Source: an uncultured Chromatiaceae bacterium
GTDB lineage: Bacteria > Pseudomonadota > Gammaproteobacteria > Tenderiales > Tenderiaceae
Reading direction: 5' to 3'
Length of the DNA: 64,000 nucleotides
NCBI GenBank assembly: GCA_947085765.1
Contig: CAMTXZ010000031.1
Location: forward strand, 30,283-94,282
Every line of letters begins with the position of its first letter. Position 1 is the stretch's first letter. The translations under genes and the position numbers were made by a program. The notes below the pieces were generated by a model. It made no database searches and had not been told where the DNA came from. It saw only the letters and a list, made by a program, of their open reading frames with translations. Of this stretch, positions 10,493-21,675 are shown one piece after another.

Positions 10493-11564
10493 GGCAGCGC
10501 TGCACTCCATTGCAGCGCCACCTGATTAAAGCGCCGACCAAACTGATCCATGCTGGCCAGTTCAAACTTTAACGCCTGGCTGCCAGAAAGCTGGTAACGC
10601 GCTCCAACAAGATTACGATGACGCACAAACCCTGGAAGCTGTTGCAGGAAGAGACTCGCCTGCCCCTGATAACTCCCTTCGCTGCGACCATAGAGTATCC
10701 AATCATGGTTGAGCCAGTATTCTGGTTGCAGGTAGGCGTAACCGAAACCTTCGTTTTTATTATCACCGGAGGTCAGATCAAGGCGCAGATCAATCCATGT
10801 CGCCGACAGGCTCAGATGCCAAGCCCGTAACGAGGTATTGATATAACCGCCGAATATTTTTTGCGCCACATCAGTGATTCCACTAACAGACGAGGGGATC
10901 TGTACGTAACCTGCATACAGACCACTATCATCAAAAATGGCGTCTATGTTACGTCTGGATATGGCGCTGACAATCGAAAGTCGGTAATCACCCTCTTGAG
11001 GATGAAGAACATCCAACGCCTTGATGTAGCCAGGCGTCAGCTCTGGACCCAGACCGACATTCAGGGTGTAGTGAGTAATATAGGCTGCATCTTCATAGGC
11101 CGCCTCAATCACCGCGCCAGTAAGATGAGTCGGAATCACACCGCCACTATCCTCAAACTCAATCAGGCCCGGGCGATAAATGGTCGTTTGCAGATAGGCG
11201 CCATGATGGTACTTGCGATTCCATGGGTCCAGCGCACTATGCAAACGGCCGAACCATATCTGGCTACCTTGCGGGCTGACCCAACCGACCGCCAGACGTT
11301 CCAGGTCTCGCTCCTCGCCATTCGCAAGCAGCTCTGCCAGCAAGCGGGTCTGTTGATACGCAGCAGTGTAGAAAAAATTGACGGCAACAGAGGAGGCCTG
11401 CTGCTCCAGGGGGGGGGCTGTTTGCTATTCTGAGGCAGCAGGACCTCGGGAAAAACGATCATCTGCCCTTTGTAATCAGCGCAGGCAGGAGCGCTGCACA
11501 GCAGCGTCGCTGCTATACAGGCAACTACCTGCGTTAACCATTGGCAACAGACGGGGCTTTTCAT
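10489..11564 (-). pseudogene. Outer-membrane-type protein gene split by a frameshift at a G9 (C9 on the coding strand) homopolymer
   Basis: The signal-peptide ORF (MKSPVCCQWLTQVVACIAATLLCSAPACA…SKQPPPW, 11564 down to the tract) and the 284-aa ORF (to 10489) are in different frames. The downstream frame is open through the tract (…APPLEQQASSVAVNFFYTAAYQQTRLLAELLANGEER…) and closed by TAG 3 codons upstream of it. One extra G (10) or two fewer (7) would give a single roughly 358-aa secreted protein rich in aromatic/β-strand-like segments. Confidence 0.55.
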
Positions 11565-11727
11565 GCTTTAAAGAAACTGCCTCTTTAATTTTTAGGGCAC
11601 TGACAGAAAAAGCCGTGATGCAGCAACGATACTAAAACGCTGATCACCAGGGTTATGTCGCCTGCTAGGAAGACAAACCCCAACATCACAAAGTTACAGC
11701 CTCTCCAAAGAGAAAAATCTGCCGTAA

Positions 11728-11764
11728 ACAAAGCGGACAAGACATCCATGCCTTGTCCGCTTTA
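11728..11764. terminator. GC-rich hairpin downstream of the VWA lipoprotein gene (possible bidirectional terminator)
   Basis: aaagcggacaag-acatccatgc-cttgtccgcttta, a perfect 11-bp stem. U-tract is weak. Confidence 0.4.
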
Positions 11765-11777
11765 TGACGTTAAATAA

Positions 11778-12953
11778 CTACAGTGGAGCGGTGATGACCT
11801 TTGCGTCTGGACCACCGGCACGAATTTTGAAGTTGTACTGTCCCGCCTGTCCTGTGGCCTTATTGGTCACCACCAGAGTGATCTTGTAGTCACCCGGTGG
11901 CAAAGGGATCTCTGCGCCACGCGTCTGGAGTGTGGTGAACTCTTTCATAACACTCTGGAAAAGCTGGGCAACATTTTCACTGCTGGGATTGGATTGGAAG
12001 GTTCCGTGGCCGGCTGTGGCGATCTGCTGTAACTCATCTTTATTAATGGCAGAACCCAGACCAATCACGTGAGTGGTCAGACGTGGATGGTTGGCGATGC
12101 TCTGTTTAGCCGCCTCCAGCGTGGTGGCCAGTGTGCCAAACTGATTGTAACTGGCGCTGGTATCGGTAATAAGTGGCTGGCTAGGTCTGCTGCTACTATT
12201 GTCAACCCAGCTGTAATTATCGGCACCGTCAGAAAAGACCAGCATCACGTACTGGTCACGTGCGCCGCTGAAGACACCTTTGTCATATTGCGATTTCATG
12301 TTTTTGGCCATCACATCCACTGCCGAATAGAGCTTGGTGAACGCACCCGGCGTGGGGGTGGGAATGGCAAGGATATCCGCTGGCTGCCAATAACGCGCTG
12401 CGCTGGGCACATCCTGACTTTGATTGAGTACCGCATCAAACCATACCATCGAAAATTTAACTTCGCCGGGACGGTTTTTCCAGAGATCAAGAACCTCTTG
12501 ATAGCTGTCACGCGCAGCGTTTTTCATTGGCACAAATGCTGGCGGGGTGTGCTGGGTCATGGAGTAGCTGGCGTCCAGCACCATGCCAAAATAGAGGTTG
12601 ACCTTAAGATCTTCGGCAGACTGGCTGAGCAGTGATTCTGTATCCGGGGGACCATCATTGACACGAATCTGAACATCAAACTCATTGGCCGCGAGTGGCT
12701 GCCCGGCATTATCCCGTACCGAGAACTGCATGATCATCTGGGTAGTACTGTTAGAGGATTTCCACGACACCGTCGGCGGTATCGGTACGCTCAGTTGCAG
12801 GCCAGATTTTGTCCCTGCACCACCCGGTGTGCCGGTGTTGCCTGGGGTGCCTGGGGCATCGGGGTTGTAACCGCCACCACAGCTGGCGAGAAGCGGCAGC
12901 ACTAACAGCGACAAAATAGATACGGGATATTTAAAACGTGATACTACAGACAT
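11778..12953 (-). CDS. Lipoprotein with von Willebrand factor type A (VWA) domain
   Basis: Lipobox LLASCGGG. Gly/Pro-rich linker (PGTPGNTGTPGGAGT). MIDAS-like motif VLDASYSM. Confidence 0.75.
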   Translation of the reverse strand: MSVVSRFKYPVSILSLLVLPLLASCGGGYNPDAPGTPGNTGTPGGAGTKSGLQLSVPIPPTVSWKSSNSTTQMIMQFSVRDNAGQPLAANEFDVQIRVNDGPPDTESLLSQSAEDLKVNLYFGMVLDASYSMTQHTPPAFVPMKNAARDSYQEVLDLWKNRPGEVKFSMVWFDAVLNQSQDVPSAARYWQPADILAIPTPTPGAFTKLYSAVDVMAKNMKSQYDKGVFSGARDQYVMLVFSDGADNYSWVDNSSSRPSQPLITDTSASYNQFGTLATTLEAAKQSIANHPRLTTHVIGLGSAINKDELQQIATAGHGTFQSNPSSENVAQLFQSVMKEFTTLQTRGAEIPLPPGDYKITLVVTNKATGQAGQYNFKIRAGGPDAKVITAPL

Positions 12954-13113
12954 GGGGGAGCCTCACTACAAAACTGTCTTGCGGAATGGTTGTTGTAGAG
13001 TACCCCAAATACCCCCTGATACAAAGCCCCGGAGGTCAGTGGTAAGGCATTAATTCACCTCCGTGCAACTGTTTTTACACTCTTTATTATTAATTAACAT
13101 TGAAGGACAAAAC

Positions 13114-13713
13114 TCACTCCCCTGCCAGCAGCCGTTTTACATCGGGAAGGATCTCTTTAGGTCCGGCGATCACCTTGAAAAAGGCACGAATACGCCCCTT
13201 TTGATCGAGCAGATAGATAACTCCCGTATGGGCAATGCTGTACTCCCCGTTATCATCAACAGCCTCTTTTTCAAAACGGGTGCCATACTGCTTAGCCACC
13301 TTGCCAATCTCATCCAGGTTACCGCTGAAGGCGATAAAACCGGGGTTGAAATAGTCCATGTAGGCACGCAGCCGCTCCTGGGTGTCACGTTCGGGGTCAA
13401 GGGTGATGAAGAGCACCTGCACCTTGTCAGCCTCATCACCCAATAATTTAAGCAGTCGCTGCATAGTCAGCATGGTGGTGGGGCAGATATCGGGGCAGTG
13501 GGTATAACCAAAACTCAGCAGCACCACCTTGCCCCGAAAATCGGCAAGGCTTAGGGCGTTGCCGTGCTGGTCAGTCAAGGTGAAATCACCACCCCACTTA
13601 TCATAAACCTTGAGTGGCTCCACAGCGGCCACAGGGCGCAGCAATAAAATGAACAGTGACAGGGCAACTGTTATGACCGAAAAATAAAACGAGATCTTGC
13701 GTGGTTTATACAT
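13114..13713 (-). CDS. SCO1/SenC family copper chaperone (thioredoxin fold)
   Basis: 199 aa. N-terminal TM anchor; CxxxC motif in FGYTHCPDICP and a conserved His downstream (EYSIAHTG). Confidence 0.85.
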   Translation of the reverse strand: MYKPRKISFYFSVITVALSLFILLLRPVAAVEPLKVYDKWGGDFTLTDQHGNALSLADFRGKVVLLSFGYTHCPDICPTTMLTMQRLLKLLGDEADKVQVLFITLDPERDTQERLRAYMDYFNPGFIAFSGNLDEIGKVAKQYGTRFEKEAVDDNGEYSIAHTGVIYLLDQKGRIRAFFKVIAGPKEILPDVKRLLAGE

Positions 13714-13782
13714 GCTGACTCTATCGGATAGATGGCGCTGAAGTTAAGGTGAGCTAGATCGGCAAACAGATCACTCCCCGGC

Positions 13783-14247
13783 TTATACCACTGGCGGCCA
13801 ACCCGCACTAAAGAGCTGTCGTGCCATGATTAACGCATCCTCGCGACCGTGTGCGGCAGGATAGTAATCTTTACGCCGCCCCAGCTCATTAAACCCCAAC
13901 GAGTCGTAAAGGCAGATGGCACTGCTATTGGAGGGTCGCACCTCCAGCAACACCATATCAACATCACACTCAGCCAGTGCATCCAACTGCTCCTGCAACA
14001 GCAGACGACCATAACCCTTGCCACGAAGTGCCGGATGGATGCAAAGGTTAAGAATATGGGCCTCCCCTGCCCCCATCGAGACCAGTGAGTAACCCTGTAT
14101 CACGCCGTCGATTTCAAAGATACGGCAACGATGCCCAGCGTCAAGGCAGCCGCGAAAATTACCCAAGCTCCAGGGAAAGGGGTAGGAGCTTTTCTCAATC
14201 GCCATCACAGCTGGCAAGTCTGCCTCGTGCATAAAACGGTATGACAT
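13783..14247 (-). CDS. rimI: Ribosomal-protein-alanine N-acetyltransferase RimI (GNAT)
   Basis: MSYRFMHEADLPAVMAIEKSSYPFPWS…, GNAT motif LRGKGYGRLLL. The ORF track extends upstream, but the conserved start is ATG at 14245-14247. Confidence 0.8.
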   Translation of the reverse strand: MSYRFMHEADLPAVMAIEKSSYPFPWSLGNFRGCLDAGHRCRIFEIDGVIQGYSLVSMGAGEAHILNLCIHPALRGKGYGRLLLQEQLDALAECDVDMVLLEVRPSNSSAICLYDSLGFNELGRRKDYYPAAHGREDALIMARQLFSAGWPPVV

Positions 14248-14248
14248 T

Positions 14249-15010
14249 TTAACTGGCGTCGACAAGCTTGCGGGCAAAGAGCAGATCTTCCCACGCCTTG
14301 CGTTTCTCCTGCGGCGCACGCAACAGGTAGGCGGGATGATAGGTGACAACAACAGGAATATTGCTATCGCCATAACTATGTTTAGTACCGCGCAGCACAC
14401 CTACGGCCTGGTCATTTTTAAGTAGATTATGAGCGGCGATCCGACCAACGGCGATGATGATACGGGGTTTGATCAGTGCAATCTGGCGCTGGAGATACTG
14501 TTCACAACAGGCCGCCTCAGCCAGATGTGGGTCGCGATTGCCCGGCGGCCGGCACTTGACGATGTTGGTGATGTAGACCTCTTGCCGCGCCAGCCCCACG
14601 GAGTTGAGCATCAGATTGAAAAGCTGGCCCGCCTTATCAACAAAAGGCTCGCCTTGCTGATCTTCGTCGGCGCCTGGGGCTTCACCGACGAACATCCAGG
14701 CGGCGTTGCGGTTGCCGGCACCAAAGACGGCGTTGGTACGCTGCTGGTGCAGTTCACAACTGCTGCAACTGACAACCTCCGCCTCCAGCGCCGCCCACCC
14801 TGGCGACGGCGTGACAGCAACTGCTACTGGAATAACCACTTGAGCAGCCACAGGTTCGGGTGCTGCTGCTAACTCTAGCGCTGGCGTTGGGAGCGGGAGT
14901 GATGAGGATACTTGCGATGCGGGCTGAGAGAGCTGCCGCCTTTGCCACACCTGAATGCCCATGGCATCCAGATAGGCGTGGTGTGTCGCAGCCCGCTCTT
15001 TATCGCTCAC
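14249..15010 (-). CDS. Uracil-DNA glycosylase, family 4 (phage SPO1 DNA polymerase-related type) with N-terminal extension
   Basis: Motifs GEAPGADED, FVGEAPG and HPAYLLR are characteristic of family 4 UDG; there is a C-x2-C-containing region. Confidence 0.75.
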   Translation of the reverse strand: MSDKERAATHHAYLDAMGIQVWQRRQLSQPASQVSSSLPLPTPALELAAAPEPVAAQVVIPVAVAVTPSPGWAALEAEVVSCSSCELHQQRTNAVFGAGNRNAAWMFVGEAPGADEDQQGEPFVDKAGQLFNLMLNSVGLARQEVYITNIVKCRPPGNRDPHLAEAACCEQYLQRQIALIKPRIIIAVGRIAAHNLLKNDQAVGVLRGTKHSYGDSNIPVVVTYHPAYLLRAPQEKRKAWEDLLFARKLVDAS

Positions 15011-15012
15011 GA

Positions 15013-16548
15013 TTACAGCTGCGGATGGGCCCGCTCGGCGGCGGTCAAGAGTTTGTTCAGGGCGTTAATGTAGGCCTTGGCAGAGGCGATGACAATATCG
15101 ACATCAGCCCCCTGGCCATTGACGATACGACCACCTTTCTCCAACCGTACCGTCACCTCACCCTGCGCATCGGTACCACTGGTAATGTTGTTGACGGAGT
15201 AGAGCTGTAGCTTGGTGCCACTATTGGCAATCGCCTCGATCGCTTGATAGGAGGCATCTACAGGACCGCTGCCTTCAGACTCAGCCTGCCGCTCTTCACC
15301 ATCCACCCAAAGAGTAACTTTCGACAATGGGATTTCGCCGGTCTCCGAACAGACCTTCAGCGCCACCAGTTTGATGTGTTCATTATCCGCCTCGGTGCTG
15401 GCCTCGGAGACCAATGCTTGAAGATCCTCGTCAAAGATCTCATGTTTCTTGTCAGCCAGCTCTTTAAAGCGGGCAAAGGCAGCGTTAAGCTCATCTTCGG
15501 TAGCAAAGTTAATGCTCAGCTCCAGCAAACGGGTGCGGAAGGCGTTACGCCCCGAATGTTTGCCCAACACCATGCGATTGTCACTCCAGCCCACATCCTG
15601 GGCGCGCATGATCTCATAGGTCTCGCGACTCTTGAGCACACCATCCTGATGAATGCCGGACTCATGAGCAAAGGCATTCACGCCCACAATCGCCTTGTTG
15701 GGCTGCACCGGAAAACCGGTGATGCCGGAGACCAGACGGCTACAGGTGACAATCTGAGTAGCGTCGAGAGTGGTATCACAACTGAAAAGATCCTGGCGGG
15801 TCCGCACCGCCATCACAATCTCTTCCAGCGCAGCATTGCCAGCGCGCTCACCCAGACCATTAATGGTGCACTCCACCTGCCGAGCACCGTTCAGCACCGC
15901 CGCCAACGAATTGGCCACCGCAAGGCCGAGGTCATTATGGCAATGGACCGAAAAAACCGCCTTGTCAGAATTAGGAACTCGTTCGATCAACTGCTTGACC
16001 AGCTCGCCAAACTGGTGTGGCAGGTTATAACCCACTGTATCGGGAATATTGATGGTGGTGGCGCCGGCATTGATCACCGCCTCCAGCACACGACAGAGAA
16101 AGTCCAACTCAGAACGGCCTGCATCCTCGGGGGAAAATTCGACATTATCAGTGTGCTGACGGGCGCGTTTGACCGCCTTGACCGCCTGCTCCACCACCTG
16201 ATCCGGGGTCATGCGTAACTTCATCTGCATATGGATCGGCGAGGTGGCTATAAAGGTATGGATACGTCCGGAGTTGGCCCCTTTAAGCGCCTCACCAGCG
16301 CGATCGATATCTTTATCAAGGGCGCGGGCCAGCGCACAAACGGTACTATCCTGCACCACCTTTGCCACCGCTCGTACCGCCTCAAAATCGCCCGGGCTGG
16401 CGACAGGAAAACCGGCCTCGATAACGTCAACCCGCATCTTCTCCAATGCCTTGGCAATACGAACCTTCTCATCCTTGGTCATGGAGGCGCCAGGACTCTG
16501 TTCGCCATCGCGCAGGGTGGTATCAAATATGATTAATTTGCTGCTCAT
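15013..16548 (-). CDS. leuA: 2-isopropylmalate synthase
   Basis: [23 protein letters not shown]…[17 protein letters not shown]…, with the full LeuA C-terminal regulatory domain. Confidence 0.95.
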   Translation of the reverse strand: MSSKLIIFDTTLRDGEQSPGASMTKDEKVRIAKALEKMRVDVIEAGFPVASPGDFEAVRAVAKVVQDSTVCALARALDKDIDRAGEALKGANSGRIHTFIATSPIHMQMKLRMTPDQVVEQAVKAVKRARQHTDNVEFSPEDAGRSELDFLCRVLEAVINAGATTINIPDTVGYNLPHQFGELVKQLIERVPNSDKAVFSVHCHNDLGLAVANSLAAVLNGARQVECTINGLGERAGNAALEEIVMAVRTRQDLFSCDTTLDATQIVTCSRLVSGITGFPVQPNKAIVGVNAFAHESGIHQDGVLKSRETYEIMRAQDVGWSDNRMVLGKHSGRNAFRTRLLELSINFATEDELNAAFARFKELADKKHEIFDEDLQALVSEASTEADNEHIKLVALKVCSETGEIPLSKVTLWVDGEERQAESEGSGPVDASYQAIEAIANSGTKLQLYSVNNITSGTDAQGEVTVRLEKGGRIVNGQGADVDIVIASAKAYINALNKLLTAAERAHPQL

Positions 16549-16772
16549 TTTTCCGCTCCGATCCATGCACCGATGTTAACAGCAGCGCTACGCAAGCAGC
16601 ACAGCCGTACTGGGAAAGCTGATGACTGACCATGAGTGCTCGTTACTCAAGTAAACGCAGAGCAATCACAAAGGGTAAAAAAGTGACTATCCACCCTGAC
16701 AACAGTGACAGGTCAGACGATAATTACATTTTGCGATCGAGGTCAACAACTCCCGCAAAAGAGTCGTGACTC

Positions 16773-17546
16773 TCAATCACCATTCAAATCCCGCTCCTGC
16801 TCCTGTGCAGCATGCAGCTTGCGCTCAGCACGATGGCGACGCAACTGTAAGAGTGTCATGCCAATGCCAAACGCAGAGTAACCAAACACAATCAAAAAGA
16901 TCATGCGCGGCGGGTCCATGGCGATCAACACAAAAACAGCCACCACCAGCAACATTTTAAAAAATGGCACCTTCCCCTTAAGGTCCAGGTCCTTGAAGCT
17001 GGAGTAACGAACCGTGCTTACCATTAAAACCCCGGCAAAAACCGAAAGAAAAGCAGCAACCCAGGAGAGGTCATGTCGTGACCAGCCCGCGTCATCACCC
17101 CACCAGACAAAACTCACCAACAGGGCAGCAGCAGCGGGGCTGGCCAGCCCCTGGAAATAGCGTTTGTCGACAATGCCAACCTGGGTATTAAAACGGGCCA
17201 GGCGCAAAGCGGCGCCGGCAGCGTACATAAACGCAGCGGCGAATCCCACTTTACCCAACGGCGCCAGCGCCCAGGTATACATCACCAGTGCCGGGGCCAC
17301 GCCAAAGGAGACCATATCAGCAAGACTGTCATACTCCTTACCAAAATCACTTTGGGTGTTGGTCATACGCGCCAAACGACCGTCCATGCCATCCATAAAC
17401 ATAGCAATAAAGATAGCAATAGCCGCCGCTTCAAAGCGACCATTCATGGCGGCGATGATGGCGTAGAAACCCGCAAACAACCCTGCGGTTGTAAATAGAT
17501 TGGGCAACAGGTAGATGCCACGACTACGCTTTTTTTCCGTTTCCAT
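16773..17546 (-). CDS. pssA: CDP-diacylglycerol--serine O-phosphatidyltransferase (CDP-alcohol phosphatidyltransferase family)
   Basis: 257 aa. Motif DGMDGRLAR…DSLAD, multiple TM segments. Confidence 0.85.
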   Translation of the reverse strand: METEKKRSRGIYLLPNLFTTAGLFAGFYAIIAAMNGRFEAAAIAIFIAMFMDGMDGRLARMTNTQSDFGKEYDSLADMVSFGVAPALVMYTWALAPLGKVGFAAAFMYAAGAALRLARFNTQVGIVDKRYFQGLASPAAAALLVSFVWWGDDAGWSRHDLSWVAAFLSVFAGVLMVSTVRYSSFKDLDLKGKVPFFKMLLVVAVFVLIAMDPPRMIFLIVFGYSAFGIGMTLLQLRRHRAERKLHAAQEQERDLNGD

Positions 17547-17801
17547 CAGTTCCGTTACTCCCTTAAATCCATCACATCTTTACAGTGCAACTCTTCAACT
17601 CACCATCAAGACGCGCCATCGTAAAATTACGATAAATCATGGTACCAACACAACTTGTTCGTACCATTATAGTGAATGCCTTTTCAAGACAGAGTGCCCG
17701 TCATGTTTAACGCTGGTGCTCTATTGGCATACCGCTGATAGCAAGCAGGGACGGGGGCATCAGTGCCTCCGTCCCTGCTGAGACCTACAAACAAGAGAGG
17801 A

Positions 17802-18821
<1,020 letters not shown>

Positions 18822-18891
18822 CTATATTCCTTCTTACGCTATTTTAATGTCTTTCAATGTAAGCACTAAGTCAAAAATTCAATCGGGCAGG

Positions 18892-19389
18892 CTACAGGGT
18901 GAGGCTCTTCTCGCCACGAGAAATACCGGAGACACCGGAACGGACCGTTTCCAGGATGGCATCGCGACTGATCGCCTCGATAAAGGCATCAAGCTTATCA
19001 CCGGTACCTGTCAATTCGATGGTGTAGGTGCTGGTAGTAACGTCGATGATGTGGCCGCGGAAAATATCAGCCAGACGTTTGATCTCATTACGCGGCTCAC
19101 TCTCGGCGGCTTTTACCTTGACCATCATCATCTCCCGCTCGATATGCGGCCCCTCCGTCAAATCGATCAACTTCACCACATCTATCAGTTTATTGAGCTG
19201 CTTGATGATCTGCTCGATGATCTGATCGGAACCACGTGTCACCACTGTCATGCGCGACAATGTCGGATCCTCAGTCGGGGCCACCGTCAGGGACTCAATA
19301 TTATAGCCGCGCGCAGAAAAAAGGCCCGCCACACGTGACAGGGCGCCCGCTTCATTTTCCATCAGAATTGAGATTATATGACGCATCAA
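18892..19389 (-). CDS. ilvH: Acetolactate synthase small (regulatory) subunit
   Basis: 165 aa. ACT domain MRHIISILMENEAGALSRVAGLFSARGYNIESLTV. Immediately downstream of the large subunit. Confidence 0.9.
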   Translation of the reverse strand: MMRHIISILMENEAGALSRVAGLFSARGYNIESLTVAPTEDPTLSRMTVVTRGSDQIIEQIIKQLNKLIDVVKLIDLTEGPHIEREMMMVKVKAAESEPRNEIKRLADIFRGHIIDVTTSTYTIELTGTGDKLDAFIEAISRDAILETVRSGVSGISRGEKSLTL

Positions 19390-19390
19390 A

Positions 19391-21088
19391 TTACACCAGA
19401 ATCATTTCGTTCAGACCCGCACCGTGGGGAATCATCGGGTAGACATTTTCGGTCTGATCAGTAACAAAGTCGATAAATACCAGACGATCCTTATATTTAC
19501 CTACCGCATCTTCCAGGGCAGGTATCACGTCTTCATTCTTTTCGACACGAATACCAATATGACCATAGGCCTCCGTCAATTTGACAAAATCGGGCAAGGC
19601 CTCCATGTAGGACATGGCATAACGTCCCTGATAGAAAAACTCCTGCCACTGGCGCACCATACCGAGGACGCGGTTGTTCAAACAGATAATTTTGATTGGC
19701 AGACCGTACTGCAGACAGGTAGACAGCTCCTGAATGCACATCTGAATACTACCCTCGCCCGTTATACAAGTAACCGTGGCGCCGGGATTAGCAAACTGGG
19801 CCCCCATCGCCGCCGGCAGACCAAACCCCATAGTACCGAGACCACCGGAGTTGATCCAGCGATAGGGCTTGTCAAACTTATAGAACTGGGCAGCCCACAT
19901 CTGGTGCTGACCAACATCCGAAGTCACAAAGGCGTCGCCCTTGGTTACCTTGTAGAGGCTTTCGACCACATATTGAGGTTTTATGATGTCGCTGGTGCGA
20001 TCAAACTTCAGGCAATCAACGGCGCGCCACTCTTCTATCTGCTGCCACCATTCGGCAAGTGCTGCTTTATCTGGCTTTTCGTCAGACTCCGCCAGAAGCG
20101 CCAACATATCTTTAATGACACTGCTAACGCCGCCAACAATGGGCACGTCGACTTTGACATTTTTGGAGATAGAGGCCGGATCAATATCAACGTGAATGAT
20201 TCGAGCGGTAGGGCAAAACTTCTCGATATTACCGGTAACACGGTCATCAAAACGGGCGCCAATGGCGATCAAAACATCGCAGTGATGCATGGCCATGTTT
20301 GCTTCGTAATTTCCGTGCATACCCAACATGCCAAGAAATTGTTTATCCGTGGCCGGGTAACCACCCAGCCCCATCAGGGTATTGGTGATCGGATAACCAA
20401 GTTTACGAACCATCTCTGTCAATGGCTTGGCACCACGATCGAGGATTACACCGCCACCGGTGTAGACCATGGGGCGCTTAGCCGAGAGCATCAGCTCTAC
20501 CGCCTTCTGTATCTGGCGTTTGTTGCCTTTCTCTACAGGGCTATAGGAGCGCATTTTGACACGCTTGGGATAGCTATATTCACACTTGGCGGCAGTGACA
20601 TCCTTAGGAATATCAACCACAACGGGGCCAGGACGACCGGTAGTAGCGATATAAAACGCCTTTTTGATCGTCTCAGCCAGCTTTGTAACATCTTTAACGA
20701 GAAAATTATGTTTGACACAAGGGCGGGTAATGCCGATGGAATCAACTTCCTGAAAGGCATCATTGCCGATCATGTCAGTGGGTACCTGGCCGGTAAAGAC
20801 CACCATTGGAATGGAATCCATATAAGCAGTAGCGATACCCGTTACCGCGTTGGTGGCGCCGGGACCAGAGGTCACCAGCACCACTCCGGGCTTGCCGGAT
20901 GAGCGGGCATAACCATCCGCAGCATGGGTCGCCGCCTGTTCATGACGTACCAATACATGCTTCACCGCATCCTGTCGATACATCGCATCGTATATATGCA
21001 GCACGGCTCCGCCGGGGTAGCCAAACACGTATTCGACACCTTCATCCTTTAAACAATGGGTGAAGATCTCGGCACCAGTCAGTTCCAC
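19391..21088 (-). CDS. ilvI: Acetolactate synthase large subunit (ThDP-dependent)
   Basis: 565 aa. MELTGAEIFTHCLKDEGVEYVFGYPGGAVLHIYDA… with the ThDP-binding GDG…N motif region. Confidence 0.9.
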   Translation of the reverse strand: MELTGAEIFTHCLKDEGVEYVFGYPGGAVLHIYDAMYRQDAVKHVLVRHEQAATHAADGYARSSGKPGVVLVTSGPGATNAVTGIATAYMDSIPMVVFTGQVPTDMIGNDAFQEVDSIGITRPCVKHNFLVKDVTKLAETIKKAFYIATTGRPGPVVVDIPKDVTAAKCEYSYPKRVKMRSYSPVEKGNKRQIQKAVELMLSAKRPMVYTGGGVILDRGAKPLTEMVRKLGYPITNTLMGLGGYPATDKQFLGMLGMHGNYEANMAMHHCDVLIAIGARFDDRVTGNIEKFCPTARIIHVDIDPASISKNVKVDVPIVGGVSSVIKDMLALLAESDEKPDKAALAEWWQQIEEWRAVDCLKFDRTSDIIKPQYVVESLYKVTKGDAFVTSDVGQHQMWAAQFYKFDKPYRWINSGGLGTMGFGLPAAMGAQFANPGATVTCITGEGSIQMCIQELSTCLQYGLPIKIICLNNRVLGMVRQWQEFFYQGRYAMSYMEALPDFVKLTEAYGHIGIRVEKNEDVIPALEDAVGKYKDRLVFIDFVTDQTENVYPMIPHGAGLNEMILV

Positions 21089-21327
21089 TTATACATCTCC
21101 TAAAAAAGTCCTGCTCTTAACAGAAAAAGGCACCTTTACATGGCGCTCTTGTGAACACAGTCTATTTTTACCATTAAAGCCAGGAAGTACTTAGATATAA
21201 ATCTCGCTCAGGCCTAGTCAAAACATGGAAAACAAGGGGCCAAGTATAGCAGAACTTCCAGAAAAACGACCAGCTCAGAAATTCTATGCCGCTATAATGG
21301 CGCTCTTCAATCTTGAGTGAAAAGCCG

Positions 21328-21672
21328 ATGCCCTATCTCATGTTACAAACCAATATTGAAATTCCTGCAGATGGAATCCATACGCTGCTGGAGAATCTGT
21401 CAGCCGCGGTCGCCAAGGCGTTGGGAAAGCCGGAAAGCTACGTCATGGTGGCGCTGGATGATGGTCGACCGATGTTTTTTGCTGGCAGTGATGAACCCAC
21501 CGCCTATATAGAGCTGAAAAGTCTGGGATTGCCAGACTCGATGACGCCAGCACTCTCCCGAACCCTCTGCGGTCTCATAGAACAACAGCTGGAGATCGAC
21601 CAGGAGCGCATTTATATTGAATTTTCCAGCCCCGCCAATCACCTCTGGGGCTGGAACGGCGAAACCTTTTAA
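21328..21672 (+). CDS. MIF/tautomerase family protein (N-terminal Pro1)
   Basis: MPYLMLQTNIEIP…: a Pro right after the initiator Met is the catalytic hallmark of the MIF/phenylpyruvate tautomerase superfamily, and the size is about 114 aa. The ORF track starts 15 nt earlier, at 21313. Confidence 0.65.
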   Translation: MPYLMLQTNIEIPADGIHTLLENLSAAVAKALGKPESYVMVALDDGRPMFFAGSDEPTAYIELKSLGLPDSMTPALSRTLCGLIEQQLEIDQERIYIEFSSPANHLWGWNGETF

Positions 21673-21675
21673 ACG

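Noticed and set aside
16567-16772. Possible leader peptide or attenuator upstream of leuA and upstream of ilvI (21089-21312).
   Set aside because: No short ORF enriched in Leu or Ile/Val codons followed by alternative hairpins could be identified in either region.
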